From NCBI GenBank assembly GCA_001724265.1, contig MEDY01000008.1:62001-126000 (forward strand): 64,000 bases of DNA, in the 5' to 3' direction. The stretch is from Rhizaria sp. SCN 62-66 (Eukaryota). The notes below the pieces were generated by a model that saw only the letters and a program-made list of their open reading frames with translations, did not search any database and was not told where the DNA came from. This document shows, piece after piece, positions 31,630 through 43,101 of the stretch; position 1 is the stretch's first letter; every line of letters begins with the position of its first letter. Made by a program: the position numbers and the translations under genes.

Positions 31630-34600
31630 ATGCCGTGGCGCTCACGCGACACTGGGGACATGGGGACATTTCCCCGTGGCAACCCCATTGTTCGCGAACG
31701 TTGGCAGGCCTATGCACATCACAGGCATCTCAAGCGGATGTCTACCCCAGCCCAGGTACGCTTCCTTCCTCCTTCATCCAGCAAGTCTAAAGCAGCGCTT
31801 CAGTCATATAAACACGAGCGTCATATATATCACAACGCATGTATCGTTTTGTTTTTTGCATTTTCGGCTTTCACAGTCAATGGTGCCCCCGCCCGGACCG
31901 ATCAAGGTCTCCGTGTCCGGCCCGCGCGGCGGCGGTTACTCAATCGCGGAGAAGCTACGCGTCGAGCGCCAGAACCTCTTCCTAGTCGACTACCTCACCA
32001 AGCTGATGACGCGCAAGTCGCAGTATGCCGTGCCCACCGAGGCTATGCTGTATCCCGCGACGGCGCTGCGTTCCACGGCCGCCGCCCCGCTGCAGTCGCC
32101 CCGCTCGGCCCGGACACGTTCACACTCGCACTCACCTTCACGGTCGAAGTCGCGGTCACCAGATGCACGTCGCGCTGCCAGGAAGGGCAATAACAGCGCT
32201 GTTCAACATGACGCCGGCGATGGCGGCGAAGAAGAAGAAGATGAGGAAGAAGAAATGAGCCAGGACGACGACTCGCAGGCGCAGTCACGCTCCATCTCAG
32301 CCTCTGCCCCGACAGCCTCTGCCGCGGCCTTCCCACCCCCGCGCCTGCTGGGCAGCTACTTGCAGCGGCGCCGTACGCAGGCGGGCATTGCGCGCAGCAA
32401 CGCGCTGCTGGGCCTGCGGCTCGCGCGCGCGCGCCCTGCCGTAGACACCTACCACCGTGCCGGTCGCGTGACGGCGCAGTTAGAGCGCCGGGCCCAAGCT
32501 GCGCGCCAGGAACGCGTCGCCGCCGCGCGCGGGCGGGGCGCGCTGCGGGCGCGTGAGGCGCGGCTTATGGCGCCAATGGAGGGCCGTCTTGCCCTGCTGG
32601 ACGCAAACGAGGCGCACCAAAACGCGCCCGACGCCGACGCCACAGCGGAAGAGAATAATCGCAGCGCCGCTCGTGGCGGCGACGCTGCGCGAAAAAAGCA
32701 CAGGGTCGGCCGCGGCGCGGGCGTGCGGCGCGGCGGCGTGGGGACGACGTATCGTGACGCGCGCGGTGTGCGGGTGTACCGAGCGGTTCCGAAAAAGTTC
32801 GAGTCGCTCACGCCGCGCGTCGACTCGGGCGTCGTGCGGGCGTCGCTCCACGCGTCTGCAGATGAAATCCTCAATGCGCACAGCAGTGGTGCTGACAATG
32901 GCGCAGGCGGCCACGGCGCGGGGTTTGCGGCTGCGCGGCCGGGCGCGAGCGGACTCGCCGCGTCTGTGTCTCCAACATCGACAACGGCTGCACCGGCGGA
33001 GGGCAATGCTGACAACGCGAGCAGTCGCGCGGTGCCTGGGATGATGAGGCCTTTGCACATGCAGCGCAATAACGATAACAACAGCAACAGCAGTGGCAGC
33101 AGTACTACTGATGACACTGGTCCGGGCGCGAACCCAGAGGCTGACGAGGACCTTAACGACATCCTGCGGTCGCAGCCTCTGCACGGGAGCCCCGCCGCCA
33201 CTGCGGCCGCCAACGCCACGGCTGCGGCGATTGCGAACGCGGCAATGGCTGCCGCGGCTGCGACAGGCGCTGCAACAAGCAGTCTCGCAGAAACGCTACC
33301 GTCGCCTGAGAACGTGCCCAACACTGCGCGCGGCCGCAAGAGTTACGGTAATGACGCGACTAAAAGCGACGCTGCCAAGTCGCGCACATTCAGGCCCAGG
33401 CCGCCAACGGTGTATTTCGCAACTCCGCCGATGCCCCCGCCGCTGCCGGGGCAGCCCACGGCAATTGCAGGCTCTCGCGTGTCGGATAACGGGAAAGAAG
33501 CGGCAGGGGGGCAGAACGCGACGAGGACCGATCGCGGTGCGCGCCCTCGCTCTGCTGTCTTGTCATCGCTATCTAAGGGTGTCGACGGGAATCTAAGCAG
33601 CCCTGCAAGTGCGTCGGCATCGGCGGCGCGTGATGCGTACGGCGCGCGCGTCGAGCGCATGTCGACCGTGTACAACAAGGAGACGCAGGCGTTCAGGCAG
33701 CACCGGCGACAGACGGACGCCACGATCGCGCGCAATAAAGCTGTATACAGCAACACCGCCCTTGCCGATGCCGACGATCACCCCAACGATACAGCAAGCA
33801 CGCAAGGTGTTGCAACTGACGTTGCTGCCGCTGAGGACGGTGAGAGCGTCGCCCCTGCAGCGCCGCTGCTCGGTCCTGACTTGGCCCCGCTCACTCCCGA
33901 CGACGCCCCAGGCTACGAGACCAACAACGTCATCAGCAAGCGTGGCAGCACAGCAAACGCGCGCGACGCCGGCGAGGATGAATCGCTGTACTACGCCGTC
34001 GCGCAGCCGTACTCCGCCCGCTTCCACTCGCCGCACTTCCCCGCGGCGCGCTTCGTTACCGGCGAGCCCCCACTGACGGCAACGCGCGAGCCCGAGGCCG
34101 GCGCGGCGCGCGCGCAACTTGCCAGCGCGCGCTCCGCCGCCGAGGCTGCGGCGCTGGCGCGCAGCCGCGCGGCCGCGGTGGCGATCGCGCAGGGCGTGGC
34201 GCTGGGCCGCGTGCTCACCGGCGCGCGCGGCAGGCTCACGGCTCAGGACCGCGCCCGCGCCGCCGCGGCGCTCGCGCGCGCCGACGCGCACTCGGGCGTG
34301 GGTGCTGACGGCAACAAAGCACATGCTGGCGAGCATGCTAACGCCGTCCAGCGCCGCTCGCGCCGCCCCGCCTCTGCGGCGCCCGCTGGCCGTGGCGTCA
34401 GTGCCAGCGAGTCACAGCACGCGCAACAGCTTGGCACCCCTTTTAGCGCTGCGTCGCTGTCCCGCGAGCTTGCTACGGCGCGCCTGCTCCGCGCTGAGGC
34501 CGAGGACTTCGCGCTGTACCGCGCCGCCGCTGAGGCCGCCGAGCGCCGCGGCACAGGCTCCGGCACGTACATGACGAACCGCACCGAGACGGCGGGCAGC

Positions 34601-36394
34601 GGGGCCGGCGGTGCGGGCCGCGGTGGCAGCGTCTGGGAGCCGGAGCCCGTGCCCGACAAGGTGGTCGTACGCGTGGGCCGCGACGCGGCGGGGCGGCTGC
34701 TGCGGCCCGCGTCGGCGCCCCCCTCGCGCCGCGACGGCTCGGCAACACATACGAACGCAGCCCCCTACAGTCAGACAACAGCTGCGGGCGGCGTGGTCCG
34801 TGCCGCAGTGGCCGCGAAGCCCCCGAGCTCGCTGCGCGGCCCCCACTGGCCCGCCCCCGCGCCGCCGCGCGCCGCACTGTCGTCGACCGCGTCCCTTGCG
34901 CTCCCGCGCCGGCCCACGGTGGCTGACAGCGCGGCGTGCGGCGGCTGCGGCAAGTGTGGCGACTGCGCGGCCGCGACATGGGCCGACCCGGCGGCCGAGC
35001 CGACGCAGCTGCCGCCGCAGGCGCGTGAGCGCGTGCGCAGGCTCTGGGCCGCCGCGCGCGCCGAGGCCGCAACGGTGCTTGCCAAGATGCCGCCGGTTGG
35101 CGCCGACCTCCAGCGCCGTGCGGACGTGCCGCCGGAAGTCAGGCCGCCCACGACACGCGCGGTCAACAAAGCTGCTCTGACGACGACTGCAGTGGCTGGG
35201 GCTATAACGGCGTATAGTGGCAATAATAGCGCACGTAGGCCCGCCAGCGCTCACTCCGCCCGTTATCACAACCATGCATCCGGCGACGACGGCGGCGACA
35301 GCTTCCCTGAGCGTCCGCTGGTCACGGAGGCGCTGCCCACGCGGCCGCTGCTCCGCACGTCAGTCTCGCCGCGTGCGCGCATGTTGCCGTCGTTCTATGC
35401 CGCCCCCGCGGAGCGCGCGGCCGCGCTGGAACCCGCTGCGCGCCCCCGCGCCGTGGCGGCTGCCGAGAGCGCGGTCGGCGCCTGGGCGCAGCGCCGTGCG
35501 GCGACGCGCGGCGAGGAGTTCTCCATCCACACTGGCGCGAAGCGCGCTGTGGAGAGGCGGATCCTGGAGCACCGGGCTGAGCGCGCTGCGCAGGCAGCCG
35601 CAGCGGAGGCGGATGAGGCGGCCGCGAGGGCCAAGGCGCGCGAGAACGCGGCCAAGAGCGATGATCGCGCGCGGAGGCGGCGGATGATGCTGGCTGGCGC
35701 TGTCTCTAGCAACGGCAACAGGCACACCAGCAACGCTCACAATGACGGTGACGTCAGAGCGCTCTGCTGCGGTGATGACGCGGGGACTGGCGGTGCTCCC
35801 GGTGTGGGCTGCGACACAGCGCCCATCGGCGAGCTCCGGTCCGAGGCGCTGATCCGGCAAGCGCAGGCCGCGACTGAGGCGGCCGCGGCGGCGCGGCGCA
35901 GAGCGGCGACGCCCCCCGCCTCTGCGGTGCGCGGGGCTGCATCTGCTGCGGGGCGCGCCGAGACTGCGGCCGGGCTGCGTATGGTGTCGTCACTGTCGCA
36001 GGCGCACTTGATTTCGCGCGGCGCGGGGCCTGCGTACCAGCGCAACAGCGACAACGCCTCCGCGTACGCCACTCCGCACGGCAACGTTGGTGGGGGTGCT
36101 CGCAGTGGGTGTGGAACAGATATGAGTGCCCGCCAGGATACGGCGCGGCAGGGTGGGATGCAGGCGAGCATGAGCGCGCACACGTTGTACCACGCGCACT
36201 CGCAGGCGCAGTCGCAGGCACAGTGGGCCCAGTCACTGCGGGCGCAGGCTGCAGCTGCGGTGGCCGGCGCGGGGGCGGTGGCAGAGGCGGCAAGGGCTGC
36301 TGCGGAGGCCGAAGCGGCTGCGCAACAGGACCACATGCTGCCGGTGAGCGTGAGCAAACGGCATTTGCTCTCGAGGGGACCTACCCCAGGTTAA
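31630..36394 (+). CDS. CFAP97/Hemingway-domain-like protein with long Ala/Arg-rich low-complexity C-terminus; 2 exons (31630-31755, 31877-36394)
   Basis: Splicing the GTACGC...ACAG intron 31756-31876 gives PRGNPIVRERWQAYAHHRHLKRM...EKLRVERQNLFLVDYLTKLM, which resembles the CFAP97/KIAA1430 domain pattern. TAA stop. Confidence 0.65.
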
Positions 36395-36863
36395 ACAAGA
36401 AAGATATTTAGACCAGTTACCTAGACATGTGTTGACGGATTGTCGTCACATTTCACAACATAACCAATACCTACAATAAACATGACGTAGTATGTGCATT
36501 CACCATGTCTATAATACTCGCCAATACTGTTTTCAAATATCCTAGTTTCTGTTTTAAGTCTCTATGGTGTGAAGTTTAGTTGCCATCACAAATTAGCTCG
36601 CTGTCGCAAGAGATGGAGAGTCGGGATTGGCGCGCCAGGGACCAAATTGGACAGTAAAACAGCGGTCAGGACAATCGTCTTATGAAACATGGTATGATTG
36701 TCCTAAATATTAATTTAGTGTTTTTTCCTAAATCTTAATTCTACTTGCTCACAACCTCATTATGTATGTCTGTAAACCCATTGGTACTTTGCTGCAGGTC
36801 TCTGGACTCACAGCTAGCAGCTCTCTCACACCCCGTAGTTCACGCGTTCGCCGCAACGAAATC

Positions 36864-39800
36864 ATGGCCGAGTGCCCGATCTGTGGCGGCTCATTTCCGT
36901 TGTCATCGATTGACGCCCACGTTAACGCATGCCTTGACGACAAGACCGCGCGCGAATGGGACAACTAGAATGCAGGCGGACAACCCGTTCAGCAAGCTGA
37001 AGAACGCGCGCCCCAGGCTCACGACAACCATGAGAGGGACTCGGACGACGACGATGGCGAAGAAGATGACGCATATGACGACGAAGATGGTGGCGAAGGT
37101 GATGAAGACGACGCTGGCCGTAACACCAACGACGACGCCGTAGACCAGCAAGAGGAAGCACAGTTCAGGGAAGCGCTGCGACTCTCACTCCTTGACCAAC
37201 CGTCTGCGCCTGCGCCAGCTCCCGCCTCCGAGGCCGCGGCATCCGCCCCGCTTGTGCGCGCCCCCGACTCTGTGCGGCCGCTTGTCAAAAAGGAAGCCGG
37301 CATCGCGCCCGTGGTTGAAGGACGCATGCACATCAGCACAGTCCCGGTGCCGTCCAATCAGGCATACCTAAAGCAGCAACAGCTGCAGTAGCAGTGGCAG
37401 CAGAGGCGTGAATCCGACGCAGGCGCCTCTGCGGCTGCAGCCGCGCGTCCTATCGCTGTGAGCACTGTGCCTCAACCCACGCCACAGCAGCAGCCCCAAC
37501 AGCAACAGCTACAGCTAAAGCAACAGCTGCAGCAGCAATGTATGGAGGAACTGCAACTGCGACAACAGCATGAGCAGGAACTACTAGCAGCTGCAGGCCA
37601 TGTTTCTCGTGACGCGAACGACGCCTCAGTCGCTGCGAATGCAAACGCTGCAGCTGACGATACCCACGACCTGCAGCAGCCGCAGCAGCATCGGCAAGAA
37701 TATTCGCCATCGGACGCCACGTCAGACGCCGTCACAGCTGCGATGCATGCAGCGGCGGCTGCTGCAGCTGCAATGGCAGCGAGTGCTGCGCCTGGTGCCG
37801 ATATGAGCGACAAGAACGACAACAACTACGAGCGCGACGCCTCTGCCTCAGCAGCTGATGCTATGTCGGACGCAGACTCTGGAAGTGCGAGCGCCCACGG
37901 TGCCAGTGCCAGTGCCAGTGCCAGTGCCAGTGCCAGCGCCAGCGCCAGCGCCAGCGCCAGCGCCAGCGCCAGTGTGGCTGCTGCGGGCGAGGACGGCGCA
38001 GTTGACCGGCCGAACCTAGGCGTCTCTGACGGCGTCGTTTTCCACCCCGCCAGGCACAACTTCTGCTTCGACCTCATCAAGCGCGAGCCCGGCGTGGACG
38101 CGATCCCGTGCCTGCCCGCGCTCCCGCTGTCCATCACCCAGGGCTACGGCGGCGACACCGTGCTCGTGTACACGGGCGGCGCGCGAGCCGCGCTGGCGAC
38201 TATCGCCGTGGCCGCAGCGCGCAACGCGCCTGCGGCCGTGGAGCAGGCGACGGCGCTCCTTGCTCGCACGTGCGCCTAGTGGGACGCCGCCATCGCCGCC
38301 GCGACCGCCAAGCTGGCCGAGAAGCGTGTTACGGGCACAGACGAGGACATCGCGGACGCGCTCGACGCGATCGATGCCGCCCGCCAATTCAAGGACGACC
38401 ACGTGCGGCGGATGAGCGCGCGCGCGCGGGCGCTGGTCGGCAAGGCGGTGCGCGTGGCCGAGATGTTCGACGTCGCCGAGGCTGTGCTCAAGAGCGACGC
38501 CGTGGCCGGCGCGCGCGAAGTCATGACCAAGGCGCAGTACGAGCGTTGGCGCGAGGAGAACATGAGCGCGGAGGAGAAAAACGCAGAGGTAGTCATTGCG
38601 CGCGCGCTTGCGAGTGTGTATCCGGTGGCCGGTGACGCAGACAACGACCTGCAAGAGAACGACATCAGCGGCAGCGCCAGCCCCAGTGCGAGTGCGAGCG
38701 CGAGCTCGACGGAGAAGACCGCTGCCTTGACTGCCTCCGATACTGCTGCTCTAGCGGCTGCGGCCGCAGCGGCAGCGGCAGCCGCTGCGAATATGAATGA
38801 TGGTGCGGGTAGCAGCAGTTTTAGTGGTTTGATGACTGCTGCTTCTGTCAACACAAGCCTCAGTAATATTAAGGTCGAGAAAGAACACAGTGCCAACAAC
38901 AACGACTACGAGGACCGGGCGTACGACGGTGAGAGCTACGACAGCGAGCCGCCGCCCCTCATCCCCCTTTCGCCGCGCAAATCGCTCGCCGCGACACCCT
39001 CTCTGAGCGCGCGCAAGGCTGACGCCTCAAGTGCGTCTGCGGCTGCGCTTGCTGCGGCGGCAAGCAAGAAGCGGTTGCTGCCATAGGACACCGCGAATGA
39101 CATCAACGCTTCTGTCGATGGCGGCTTTCGGGGCGGTCAACAGCAAGAATCGTCGTCTTCACCGAGTGACGGCCCCATCACGCAAGACCGTTCTCGACTT
39201 CGCGTTGCAGGAAACTACGTCAACTCCGCGGCGAACGACGACGACGATGTTGTGCTCGGTCTCCCTGTTGCAGCTGCTGTAAAGCCTGAGCTGAGGGGAC
39301 AATCTCTTGGACAATCAGATGTCGACGCCGCCGCTGTAGCGCGCCTTGCGGCTCAAGCATCCGAGGCCCAAGCCGCCGCCAAAGTCTCGGCAGCCGCCGA
39401 TGCCCAAGCAGAAGCCGACAGCGCAGCTGCTGAAGCTCGCGCAGCTGCGGAAGCCCAAGCGGCAGCAGCAGCGGCAGCGGCAGCAGCAGCAGCAGTTACA
39501 GCAGGAACAGCGGTAGCGGCGGCGGCGGCGACGGCTGCGGCGGCGGCAGCGGCGGCGGAAGGGGCTGTTGTGGCTGATAGTCACGTGCAAGCTCGACAGA
39601 AGCAAGAAGAAGCTGATGCTGAGTTTGTGCGTCAAATGCTGCAGGGTGAGCGCGACGCCGAGGCTGCGCGCATTGCACGACTCGATGAGCTTGCGTTCGC
39701 CGAGGCGCAGGCTGTGGCGGACGCTGCAGACAAGGAAGAAGCTGAGCGTATCCAGCGTATCCGTGACGAAAGCAAAAACCTCAACCTGGACAGTGTTGAC

Positions 39801-42686
39801 GACTGCAATCTTGTGACGTGCCCGAACCCGAAGTGTGGCGCCGTCATCGACGCGGTGCCGGGCGATGTGCCAGAGATGGACGAAGTCAACTGCGGAGAGG
39901 CACAAGTCGCCATTTTTCGCAACAAGCGCACTGCGCGTGCTCAGGACGGTGTGTGGGGTGTCCCGGTCTCAGACTCGGCGAACAGCAACATCCAGTCAGT
40001 CGTTCACGCGGCAAAGCACCGTATCAGGTGCTATGCCTGCACCAAGAACTTTTGCACTGAGTGTAGCACCACGCCGTACCACGACGGGTACGACTGCAAC
40101 GCGTGGGTAGCCCACAAGACGGCCGTGCAGTGCTCTACGTGCCAGCGCGACCTCACGCGGCGCACGCTGTTCCTCGACTCGTCCGACCCGCAGTGGGTGC
40201 CGTACATCAACGCCGCGTCCACGAAGCCGTCTAACGACGACGATGATAACGCGATGACTGTTGCCAACGCGATGGCGATCTTGGCGGCGGGCGCGCCTGC
40301 GCGTCGGCAATCTGATCTTGATCAGCGCTTGGCTGAGGCCCGGGCCAAAGCTGACCTGAAGTTTGTTGAGGTGCAGCCTCACCGGCCCAGTGCAGACGAG
40401 CTCCTGCGTAAAGACGTGGGCAAGGGCAAGGGCGTTGTACAGCGGCGGCGCGACGAAGAGGCGCGGCATGCAGCCGCGGTCAACCAGCTTAACCTCTACA
40501 ACTCTTGGAACGAACGCCGAAACGCGTTCTACGCGTCGTTAGTTAAAGATAAGGCCAGAGTTGTAGAGCTCGAGTGTGAGTTAAACCAGTTTCTCAAGGC
40601 GGATGAGGTGTTCAAGTACAACATTGCGATGGCCACAGTCCTTCCCGATGCTGCGGTGAACCGCGCGGTGGAGCTTATCAAGGCCGGCTCGCACGTTGTC
40701 TGTCGCAAGTTCGAGTGTGTGCAAGTAGGTCTTTCTCGCTGCTGCAGCAAGCTGCCCATCTGTGGCCACGTCTGTGGTGGCGCGCGCGGGGAGACTATTC
40801 ACCCCCCGTGCTTGCGCGAAGGCTGCGCGGCCGCCATGGCCGCCAACACAGCCAACTGCGCAGCACTCGGCCTGGTGCTGAGCCAGGACACGAGGTTGCT
40901 CCCGGGACACAAGCTGCCCAACGGCGCTTCCTTCCCATACATGGTTATGAAGCCGGGTGAGCGGTTCAACAGCGAGCTGGCGCTGAAGCTCGACCCGCGG
41001 GAGGGTGAAACTGTTACGGACTGGCAGACACGGTGTCACGCTGTGGCGGTGCGTGCCAAGAATGCGCTCGCCATCACCGCTAATATCCAAGGGATGCAGC
41101 TCGAGAACGTGCCCCCCGAGGCGGCGGCCATGATTACTGGCGGTCTCAGGGTGCCTCGGACGACATCGTATATGGCTGCCATTGTGGACTCGGTGCGCAG
41201 GATTCATATGTCGCCGCCGCAAGAGCAAGCCGTTGATGGCAGCTGTGCGATGTGCTACACCGACGACCTCGGTGCAGCACCAGTGCTGCAGGTACGTGTG
41301 TGAAGAGTCAATTGTTTTCACTTGTATGGCATGATTGGTTTTTGTTTATTGTTTTTTATTTGGCAGTTATGACATGCACTTCGGACTACTCACTTTCTCT
41401 TGGTTTTAACTAGTTCTCTCACTCCTGACTGATGTTTTTGTTTCCATTTGTTCAAACGATAGCTAACGTGCGGCCATGTGTTCCACCTTGAGTGCGTCAA
41501 GAATCACTTGCGTGTCGGCTACTCGACTCGTTATATCTCGTTTGCGTTCCTCGAGTGTCCAACTTGTCACGCGCCGCTGTCACCGCTGGGCTACCCGGTT
41601 CCAGAGCACAACGTGGCGCTGCACTGGTCACCAAATCAGTACATCGAAAGCATCACCGGTCCCGCAGCGGAGCGCAACAGGCTCGCGCTGATAACTCAAG
41701 ACAACGTGAACTCTCTGAACTCACTCGTTATTGGATGGCAGACAAAGATTAAGGAACCGATTCAAATGTGGCTGCCGCTGTTTGGGATCTTTGACGTGAA
41801 CGATCCTGTCGCAGAAGTGTTCACGCTGCTCACTCAACACCTGCAACAGAAGCGGCTTGTCGAGTATCTCGCACTGCAACACCTCGTCATTCAGGGACAG
41901 CTTGTACGTTTGCATACGGTTATTTTTTGTGACGAATTATGGTATTAATTGAACTTGTGTTGTGGTATTGCTTAAATTTGTTGGTGGTGTTCAACTCACA
42001 TATTTCTATTGTGATTTGTCATTTTGGTTGATGCCTTTGAACATAGAACATCGAGGCGTTGACGAAGCCGGACTCGCGCTTCTACAAGAAGCCCCTCGAG
42101 TACGCGATCAACACATCATCGTTCTACAAGTGCTCTAAGTGCACTATCCCGTACTATGGTGGTCAGCGAGCTTGCGATGCGGGCCTTGGTGCCGCCCCTG
42201 CTAACCATAACAACAACGACGGCGAAGCCCGCGCACCAGGCGACAACGCTGACATGCTGTGTAGTCGGTGTCAGAAGAGCAGCGTGAAGCCGTGCCCGAA
42301 GCACGGTGACATGTCCATGTCGTTTAAGTGCCGTTACTGCTGCAAGGTTGGAGTCTGGTTCTGCTTTGGAACGGTACGTCATGTTACTCATCCTCGAATG
42401 TTGTTCTTCGATCATTATCACACTCCTTTTTACTGCCGGATCAAGTGTGCTTACATAATTTGTGTGTATGTGATATTATTTCAAACTTACATCTTGATTT
42501 CTACAGACGCACTTTTGCGACGACTGTCATAAGAACCCGGGCAAGTCATCACGCGGTCCTTGGCCAAAATGCCCTGGCGCAAACAACGTGATGGGCCTGG
42601 GTTGCCCGCTCAACACACCGCATCCGCCGCACGGGACGGAGTTCTCGCTCGGTTGTTCGATGTGTCGTGCTGGCCTCAATGCCTAA
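36864..42686 (+). CDS. MYCBP2/PHR-type RING-Cys-relay E3 ubiquitin ligase with UBZ4, UIM and IBR-like modules; exons 36864-41291, 41463-41903, 42047-42373, 42507-42686 (about 1791 aa); four in-frame TAG codons in the first of these exons
   Basis: One frame runs from ATG 36864 to the donor at 41292, with TAG at 36966, 37389, 38277 and 39084 and no TAA/TGA. RING: CAMCYTDDLGAAPVLQ|LTCGHVFHLEC...FAFLECPTC. Tandem-cysteine domain: YKCSKC..YYGGQRACD, CPKHG, FKCRYCC, WFCFGT|THFCDDCH, HPPHGTEFSLGCSMCR. TAA stop. A possible upstream start is ATG 36689-36691 followed by a GTATGA...GCAG intron (36692-36797), in frame. Confidence 0.85.
37902..37973 (+). repeat. Coding hexamer microsatellite (GCCAGT/GCCAGC)n encoding (AS)n
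   Basis: About 12 tandem gccagy units; translation ASASASASAS... Confidence 0.9.
41292..41462 (+). other. Spliceosomal intron splitting the RING domain of the RCR ligase
   Basis: GTACGT...ATAG, T-rich; splicing restores the RING-H2 spacing. Confidence 0.9.
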
Positions 42687-43101
42687 TGGAAACAGTGTGA
42701 ATAATATCCTTTCTCTGGATGCTACTTCAACACAACCAATTGCTGTGTGACGCGGCCCTTACTTTTATCGAAGTGCGTCGCAGCGTTGTACACTGTTGGG
42801 CTATGCTGCGGTGTTAATGACATAATCAACATGTATTTGTGTATTTTAGAGTGGCGATGTTGTTTCCCGTCACAGTATGGTTGGACATGGATAAGACTAC
42901 TTAAAACTGTACGAACCTCTGGAACTCTCAGAGATAAGTTATATAGATTAGAGATTAGATAGCGTTTACGCTGCTGGGAAGCTGCATAAAATGCAGCATC
43001 CACAACGCGGGTTTGAATTATAAACTAGGTAATACAAACATTAATTAAACAGAAAGTGCATCCACACTGGTTTCCACACCAGCAGTAATCGTTGGGGAAT
43101 G

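Noticed and set aside
37902-37973. Tandem repeats as CRISPR, telomeric or mobile-element signals
   Set aside because: They are in-frame coding microsatellites without spacers; no transposase, reverse transcriptase or terminal repeats were recognised in the window.
36864-41291. Four separate small genes, or TAG-ending introns, explaining the fragmented ORFs
   Set aside because: All fragments share one frame and the gaps have GC-rich coding composition, with no AT-rich spacer or GTACG donor. An intron ending at the first TAG would probably cut into the UBZ finger.
36864-42686. Ordinary pseudogene
   Set aside because: Disfavoured but not excluded: four of four lesions are TAG, there are no frameshifts or TGA/TAA, and the zinc ligands, catalytic cysteines and splice sites are intact.
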